The notes under the pieces were generated by a model. The model was not told where the DNA came from, made no database searches, and worked only from the letters and a program-made list of their open reading frames with translations. Positions 57,801-64,000 of a DNA stretch of 64,000 bases are shown in pieces. The DNA comes from a virus (taxonomy: Duplodnaviria > Caudoviricetes): IMG/VR virus record IMGVR_UViG_2859720988_000003; one strand, written 5' to 3'. How positions within the stretch are numbered: position 1 is the stretch's first letter; every line of letters starts with the position of its first letter. The position numbers were made by a program, and so were the translations under genes.

Positions 57801-58124
57801 TCACTTTTTCTGACCACCCACCACTGGTACGATTTCTGTTTTCCTGTCATATCTTGCTGTCTGAGCTGTATTCTTATGCCCTGAAATAGCTTGTTTTTCT
57901 TCGAGTGTTCCCTCTAAATCGGATATGCCCTTTGCCTTTAAATCATGAAACGTGAAGTCAAAACCCAATTCAGGAAATGTTTTTGTGGCCAGTAATTTTG
58001 CATTGCGCCACCGACTATTGAAACCATCTCTTGTGTAACCATGTCCTGACTTTTGATGCAGCACATAAATACTGCTCACTCCTGGTGCTATTTCTATTTC
58101 ATCGGCAATTTTGATGGCTTGTTG
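57801..58124 (-). pseudogene. Tyrosine integrase C-terminal fragment truncated by IS1
   Basis: FTFHDLKAKGISD...SGHK...TARYDRK; TTCCTAA arm repeats at 57743-57776. Confidence 0.85.
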
Positions 58125-58909
58125 GGTCAAGTATTCAATGTGTTGATCATGCGGTAGAATCACTCTTTTTGAAGTGTGCATCTGATGGCTAAAGTTGACG
58201 TAAAATGCACGTTTTGTGAGCAAATCGAATCTGTTAAAAAGCATGGCCTGGGTAAGGCCAAACTTCAGCGCTATCGGTGCCAGTCGTGCTGCCGTACTTT
58301 CCAGCTCGATTATGCTTATCGCGCCTGCCAACCCGGCATGAAATCACAAATTGTCGACCTTGCAATGAACAATGCCGGTATTCGAGACACTGCCCGAGCT
58401 TTACATATCAGCATTAATGCCGTTGTGCGCACACTAAAAAACTCTCGCCGAGAGTTGTAACCACGCTTCCTCTGGATAACCTGCAAATTCAGCTTATCTG
58501 TGAAGTTGATGAAATGTGGTCGTTTGTTGGCAATAAAAAGCGTCAGCGTTGGCTGTGGTATGCATGGGAGCCTCGTCTCAAACGTATTGTTGCTCATGCT
58601 TTTGGGCGCAGGAGCAAAATGACGCAGTGCAAATTACTGGGTTTACTGTCGGGCTTCAGAGTCGCCTTCTGGTGTACAGACAACTTCAGTGCTTATGAGA
58701 TGTTACCGGCTACAAAACACATCACAGGTAAGCTTTACACCCAGCGGATTGAACGCGAAAACCTGAATCTTCGTAACCGGTTAAAACGACTGAATCGCAA
58801 AACGCCTGGGTACTCAAAATCGGCAGAAATGCATGACAAGATAATCGGCACGTTCATTGAGCGTGAGCATTACCTGCAATGACCCTATCTACACATTGAA
58901 TACGTGACC
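58125..58909 (+). mobile_element. IS1-family element, copy A3
   Basis: Same TIRs as A1/A2; InsB differs by two residues (KHIT vs KDIT, KTPG vs KTLG). Confidence 0.95.
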
Positions 58910-59365
58910 ATCACTGTGGCCTTGCCGCTTCGGTATTAATCAGGAGGAAGAGTGGGAAATTGTTAATAGCCGTGGCCGAATGGTGGGGCAGACGGTTTCC
59001 CGCTCCAGCGGTGGGCAATTAACCGGTGGTCGTGCGGGTTTCCCCGGCCCTGATTTTTCCGGTTTTGTTGGGCTAGATGATTACAACAAACCCGAAGATA
59101 TGTTTTCGGCCACCAAACGGGCCAGCGCTAACCGTATCTTGGTGAACACCATCCGCTCACGACGCGGTGATAAGAGCAAAGAGCACCCGACACCCTTTGT
59201 TTCTATCCAGCAAATACTTCATACCGATGATGCCACCGGATTTATGCTGTCCGGCAAGATGGGAGGGATTTTCATCACATCACCATTCCGGCGTAGGTCA
59301 GTGAAGAATATATCGATGCATTACCGGATCCGTGGCACTCGCAGTGCTGGTTCTCGGTTAAATGT
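58910..59365 (+). pseudogene. terL fragment of a decayed sibling prophage
   Basis: Near-identical to ~20050-20500 with frameshifts. Confidence 0.85.
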
Positions 59366-59561
59366 TGCAAGATGAAACCCATAATTACCTGGTATTGCTG
59401 GGCAGGTATTGAGGGAAAATATTGGCCCTTTTTGTCAACATTGCCCGCCACTGGCGAAGTGGTCAGATATGCTGGATGGCAGATATACCATTGATGATGT
59501 GCAACTGATGCATGATGTGCTAGATGATATTATGGCGGTGGTGGAAAGGGCGCGAGGTTAG
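59366..59561 (+). pseudogene. Tail chaperone fragment of the sibling prophage
   Basis: Similar to 30266-30556 with an internal deletion. Confidence 0.75.
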
Positions 59562-59662
59562 CAATAGGCTGTTATTCAGCTTTGCCTAGTATGTAAATGA
59601 ATTGCATATTTAAAGAGTAAAATATACTATCCATAAAGATATTAAATATAAGGATATTATGA

Positions 59663-60234
59663 GTGAAAGAGATCAGTGGAGAGAAATGGGTTTCTCGTTT
59701 TTAGGGAAGTGCTTTAACCCAATCATTAAGCGCGTCATTTAAAATAAGTGTAGACAATTTTATATCTGAATTAACAAGTTAGGGTGCAACAATAATTATA
59801 TCAGCCACATTAAGCCCCCCAGAAAGGGCTTATTTGATACATTGGTCTTGGAAAATATCAAGAAAACTTGTCAAGCCAGAGGATGTACCGGATAAAACCG
59901 GTGCCAACATTCAATGGGTTCATAAAAAGAGCGATGGCAGTACAGACTCAGCGAAAAGCATTAAAGCTGCACAGGATATGGTAAGAGCGTACGGTATGAC
60001 AGGACTTAATGTGGCTCCATCATTAAAAAGCAGACATACCGAAGGGAATGCTATAGATATGAATATCTCATGGATGGGAGATTTAAAAATAAAAAAGGGG
60101 AAGATGTCTTAATTAAGAGTTTTCCCAAAGATGGTATGAATACAGAACTTCATAGTGTAGGAGAAAGTTTTGATGTTATAAAATACCATGGTGGTTCTAA
60201 AGATAGATCTCATTGGTCAAAGAATGGTAGATAA
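59663..60234 (+). pseudogene. Decayed copy of the M15-like peptidase
   Basis: CAG>TAG at codon 14, plus 1-nt and 7-nt deletions relative to 30658-31236. Confidence 0.85.
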
Positions 60235-60235
60235 C

Positions 60236-60520
60236 ATGAAGAAAATGATTGTTTTTATTTTGCCATTTATTCTTTTACATGGATGCTCCCATGCTGCTGA
60301 AAAATACCCGGCTGATATTAGCGAGTTTATAAAAATAGCAGATAAATGCCAGTATCTTGCCGGCGAATGGGACTCATCAATCCCCAAAGAACGGCAAATT
60401 GCCATAGAGAAAGAAGTCAATGTTACTTGCCCTAAAGCAACTGAATTGCAAAAAAAATTAAGCACCAAATACCAAGAGAATAAGCAATTGTTGGAAGTCA
60501 TTAATGATTATGACTTCTAA
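60236..60520 (+). CDS. Intact copy of the small lipoprotein
   Basis: 94 aa, four substitutions relative to 31238..31522. Confidence 0.8.
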   Translation: MKKMIVFILPFILLHGCSHAAEKYPADISEFIKIADKCQYLAGEWDSSIPKERQIAIEKEVNVTCPKATELQKKLSTKYQENKQLLEVINDYDF

Positions 60521-60528
60521 TTTTAATG

Positions 60529-61551
60529 TTAGGAAGTGGGGGAGTTATGCAGATAAGAAGCATGTACATGAGATATTAGTTTTTCTATTAAACCATTCCC
60601 CTCGCCAAATATATTTTCATAAATATGGTTGCTTATGCTATTAACTATCTCTGACACAATTTTGTTTTTTTCTTTTGATTCTTTTTCAAAAAAATCATTT
60701 ATCTTATTTTCTCCGTTAAGGTATGTTCTTATACAATGTTTTATCGAGGATTGTGCACAAGATGTATCTAGCTTTAAATTTTCATCATCAATATATCTGT
60801 ACGCAGAATCAAAAATTAAATCTTTATCTTTATTTGATATTTTAACACCTGATACGGTATGAATATTGTCTATTTCCTTACTAATGACTGCTGACAAATA
60901 AGTGGTTTTCTCTTCTTTTTTCCACGTTTCAAAACCCTCACCTTTATTGACTTTTTTAACTTCCCTCATAAATTTATCGTAAAGGTTTGTATAATCTAAA
61001 GTGATGTTTTTCCCTTGATATGAGATACATACAGATTCGCTTATCATCCATTTTACATTAGGTCTTAGGTGCGGCTTTGGCCAGTTATTAAAGGTTATGG
61101 CTAGCTTTTCTGTGCCAAATTGGCTCTCTTGAGCGGGCGATTCTATTAGCGGAATATCAAAAATAAATATTTTATCTAAAATAGTGTAGTTACATAACTC
61201 GCCTTTTTGTTCAATGCACAATAGGTCGCCATTATCATCACCTTTTATGTGTAACTTACCCGTGGTTGAACTATCAATATGATTACTGCAAAACTTTTCC
61301 TTGTACCCAGGTGAGGCTAACTCTTTTAACCTAAAAAATATTTCTTCGACATCGTGACTTGTGAGGTTTTTCGTAGGATTGCATAGTTTATATAGACATT
61401 GAAATGCTTCTTTTTGACCGGTGGAAAAAAAGTAATCTTTTATTTTTTCCCATAGAGTCATATGCGGTATGGAGTTTTTAATAAGTATTTCATTTATTTG
61501 TTCGTTGCTAATATTTGCAGTAATAAAAGAGCTACCAACAGTAAAATTCAT
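60529..61551 (-). CDS. SifA/SifB-like type III effector (WEK translocation domain + WxxxE domain)
   Basis: LWEKIKDYFFSTG, EIFFRLKELAS, WKKEE, CAQSSI. Confidence 0.8.
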   Translation of the reverse strand: MNFTVGSSFITANISNEQINEILIKNSIPHMTLWEKIKDYFFSTGQKEAFQCLYKLCNPTKNLTSHDVEEIFFRLKELASPGYKEKFCSNHIDSSTTGKLHIKGDDNGDLLCIEQKGELCNYTILDKIFIFDIPLIESPAQESQFGTEKLAITFNNWPKPHLRPNVKWMISESVCISYQGKNITLDYTNLYDKFMREVKKVNKGEGFETWKKEEKTTYLSAVISKEIDNIHTVSGVKISNKDKDLIFDSAYRYIDDENLKLDTSCAQSSIKHCIRTYLNGENKINDFFEKESKEKNKIVSEIVNSISNHIYENIFGEGNGLIEKLISHVHASYLHNSPTS

Positions 61552-62291
61552 AAAAGATACCTTATTTAAAATAAATTTAATGAAATATAAGGAATGTTAA
61601 GGATATTAACACTAAGGCTTTCACCTGATTTTGTAGGTCTTGTAATCCGGTAGTTGTAAGTTCAAACAGCGATAACTATCTAATTGCGGTGAGAACATGG
61701 TGTTAAACACCAGTTTATGCAGTCCGCGGGTTTTAGTCGCTTGCTGTTAGCATCGGTATACGTTTATTACCGATATTTAGATTTAATTGGAAGATAGTCA
61801 CGTGATACACAAATGCAAGGATAGGAAAATATATTATTAAGTTAAACGAGTTTTATTTACACAGATGAATTTAGCCGTATTTCGAGGTCAACAAGACAAT
61901 TTTAATAGCTAATAAATTAGTTTCAGACTAATTATTGCTAAATTAAACTGGTGACGAGGTAAAGCATTGCAAGTGCGCGGAATATATGGGGGGAAAGATA
62001 TGTAATTATATGAAATTGATGGGGATCACATTCAGATGATGGGCGTTTTACCACTTACATATTTATGCAATTGATATCATAAAAAATACAATCTAAAGTC
62101 AAGTTTAGGTATTCACAGTAGTTATTTATTAATCGTTTAAATTAGATGTGATATCTAAGAATGCCATGACACTCAAGTTATTGAAGCTATTTTTATCTGC
62201 CATGGGTGTTTATGTTTATTAGCTAAGTGATTTTTCCTAGGTATTTGGTTGACGTTTTATCTAGCGGTTAATTTTAAACAAGGAGTAGTTT

Positions 62292-63224
62292 ATGATAACA
62301 AAAGGTATTTTCGTCGTATTTGGGGTGTTTTCCGTGACTTTACCTGCGCTCGCAGATGACAATATTCATTTGGATTCTAAAAGTATTAAAACCAGCGTTG
62401 GTTTAGGTATGCTAGGTGGAGAGTCTAAGGAGTATGTCTACGACTCTGATAGTGGACAAAAGATAAGTCAATTGAATTGGAAGATTAAAAACACTGCTAT
62501 CATTAAAGGGGATATATCTTGGGATGCTTTTAATTGGCTAACTTTAAATGCTAGGGGTTGGACATCCTTGGCATCCGGATCTTCTGGGATGGATGACTAT
62601 GACTGGTTAATTCCAGGGCAGACTAATTGGTCACACTGGTCCAATCATCCTAATACACAATTGAATCATGCCAATGAGTTTGATGTAAATGTAAAAGGGT
62701 GGATTCTTAATACACCTGAATATCGTATTGGAACTATATTCGGTTATCAACAAACTAGATTTAGCTGGGCAGCATCTGGCGGTAGTTATAGCTATAATAA
62801 CGGCGCTACTACTGGGGTCTCCCCCCCTAATTCACCGGGTATAGGTTACAATCAACAATTTAGTATGCCTTACTTAGGGCTTGCCAGTATATATCGCTAT
62901 CAGGATTTTGAATTTAATGCATTATTAAAATTTAGCCCTTGGGTTACCGCGAATGATAACGATGAACATTATAGGCGCAATCTTACTTTCCGCGAAAAAA
63001 CCAATAATTCACGGTATTATTCTGTCACTGTAGATGCTGGTTATTATGTAACACCTAATGCCAAAGTTTATACAGAGTTAAGTCTCAGTAAGTATGAAGA
63101 AGGCAAAGGAGGTACAGAAATCATTAATAGGGCCACTGGAGAAAAGGCTTACCTCGGTGGTGATGCTGCCGGGATAGAAAACATGAATTACACGGTATCT
63201 ATCGGCATGCAATACCAATTCTAA
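62292..63224 (+). CDS. Omptin-family outer-membrane protease (Pla/PgtE/OmpT-like)
   Basis: Signal peptide; SKEYVY, KISQLNWKI, MDDYDW, DNDEHY, C-terminal YQF. Confidence 0.92.
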   Translation: MITKGIFVVFGVFSVTLPALADDNIHLDSKSIKTSVGLGMLGGESKEYVYDSDSGQKISQLNWKIKNTAIIKGDISWDAFNWLTLNARGWTSLASGSSGMDDYDWLIPGQTNWSHWSNHPNTQLNHANEFDVNVKGWILNTPEYRIGTIFGYQQTRFSWAASGGSYSYNNGATTGVSPPNSPGIGYNQQFSMPYLGLASIYRYQDFEFNALLKFSPWVTANDNDEHYRRNLTFREKTNNSRYYSVTVDAGYYVTPNAKVYTELSLSKYEEGKGGTEIINRATGEKAYLGGDAAGIENMNYTVSIGMQYQF

Positions 63225-63677
63225 TTTAGATAGTATTTCAAATAATGACGCCTTCACTGCAAGCCAAGGAGTTAATATGGCATGGATTAATCTAACACTT
63301 GGAAGCGGAAAACTTACCCAGCTCGTTACAAATAGTAATCGGAAACACTCCATATCCGACAGGCAAATTACGACGGAATACCGAAACCATGGCTATATTA
63401 GCAGCAATTGTTGAGGTGCATCCTGACTCGTTTGTGTTGAATTGATAGTCGATATACCACCAATCTAATTAGTTGGTGGCTTTTCTATATGGGGAGGTGA
63501 AGGCAAAAGACATGATGATAAACTTGCCACTATGTAAATATAACATATCTAACACCAGACATTTTAACGCAGTGCACCAAATAAAGAGTTTGCTCAGGTT
63601 GATTTTTTATGCCGGTAGTAATAGTACATTTTCGTGCGCAAATCAGCCAAGAGCCATTCGGGTAGAGTTTTAATAGA

Positions 63678-63700
63678 AAGCCATGTTACCATGGCTTTCT
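63678..63700. terminator. Hairpin terminator
   Basis: AGAAAGCCATG-TTAC-CATGGCTTTCT. Confidence 0.6.
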
Positions 63701-63733
63701 GGTGTATTTACTCTTTTGAATTACTAAGGAGTT

Positions 63734-64000
63734 TTACAGGACTCTGCAGAAAAATACTTTAACCCAGGCTCCCGGTCCGGTGGGCATGAATTTACTTTCT
63801 GCTTGACTAGCTGCATCAGCTTCATTATTGGCATTGAAAATACTATCCCATAGTCCAGAATCTGTTGCATCACCGTGGGAACCACTACAAATGTATTGCT
63901 GAGATTTACTTTCTTTTGCATGAGAGGGTAATACTGTGAATACCGATAAGAAACAAATTGCTGGAACTAGAATTTTTCGAAACGCAGCCAATATACTCAT
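63734..64000 (-). CDS. Small secreted protein (start may lie at or beyond the window edge)
   Basis: Signal peptide ending PSHA; two Cys in the mature part. Confidence 0.55.
   Translation of the reverse strand: MSILAAFRKILVPAICFLSVFTVLPSHAKESKSQQYICSGSHGDATDSGLWDSIFNANNEADAASQAESKFMPTGPGAWVKVFFCRVL

Noticed and set aside
57801-58331. 176-aa ORF as a real protein
   Set aside because: Chimera of IS1 antisense sequence and the integrase C-terminus
58910-60520. Assembly duplication of the main prophage
   Set aside because: Many substitutions, indels and large deletions indicate a real diverged remnant

Overview
The window looks like a Yersinia-like (Enterobacterales) chromosome; this is inferred from gene content. 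It holds most of an apparently intact ~46-kb prophage (1 to ~45758; the integrase end lies left of the window). The prophage has lambdoid early genes: a RecE-N/Rad52-like recombinase, a DicA/DicC/YdaT switch, O/P-like replication genes with an iteron origin, a C5 methyltransferase and Q. These are followed by pinholin/SAR-endolysin/spanin lysis genes, a ParB + Mom DNA-modification module and a myovirus head-tail block. AT-rich morons sit at six positions: a YejK/NA37-like + membrane-protein pair between Q and the holin, a membrane protein after Rz1, an FRG-domain gene between terS and terL, an M15-like peptidase + lipoprotein pair before the tape measure, an O-antigen acetyltransferase, and DUF4238-like and HEPN-like genes bracketed by palindromic repeats. 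To the right is a graveyard of tandem prophage remnants, delimited by two 24-bp att cores matching the 3' end of the SdsR/RyeB sRNA and by a 3'-half tRNA-Leu(UAA) att. It contains four IS1-family elements, an IS-interrupted autotransporter, two paralogous toxin/immunity-like pairs, a decayed copy of the peptidase with its lipoprotein partner intact, a SifA/SifB-like WxxxE effector and an omptin. All family assignments come from motif recognition by eye, not database searches.
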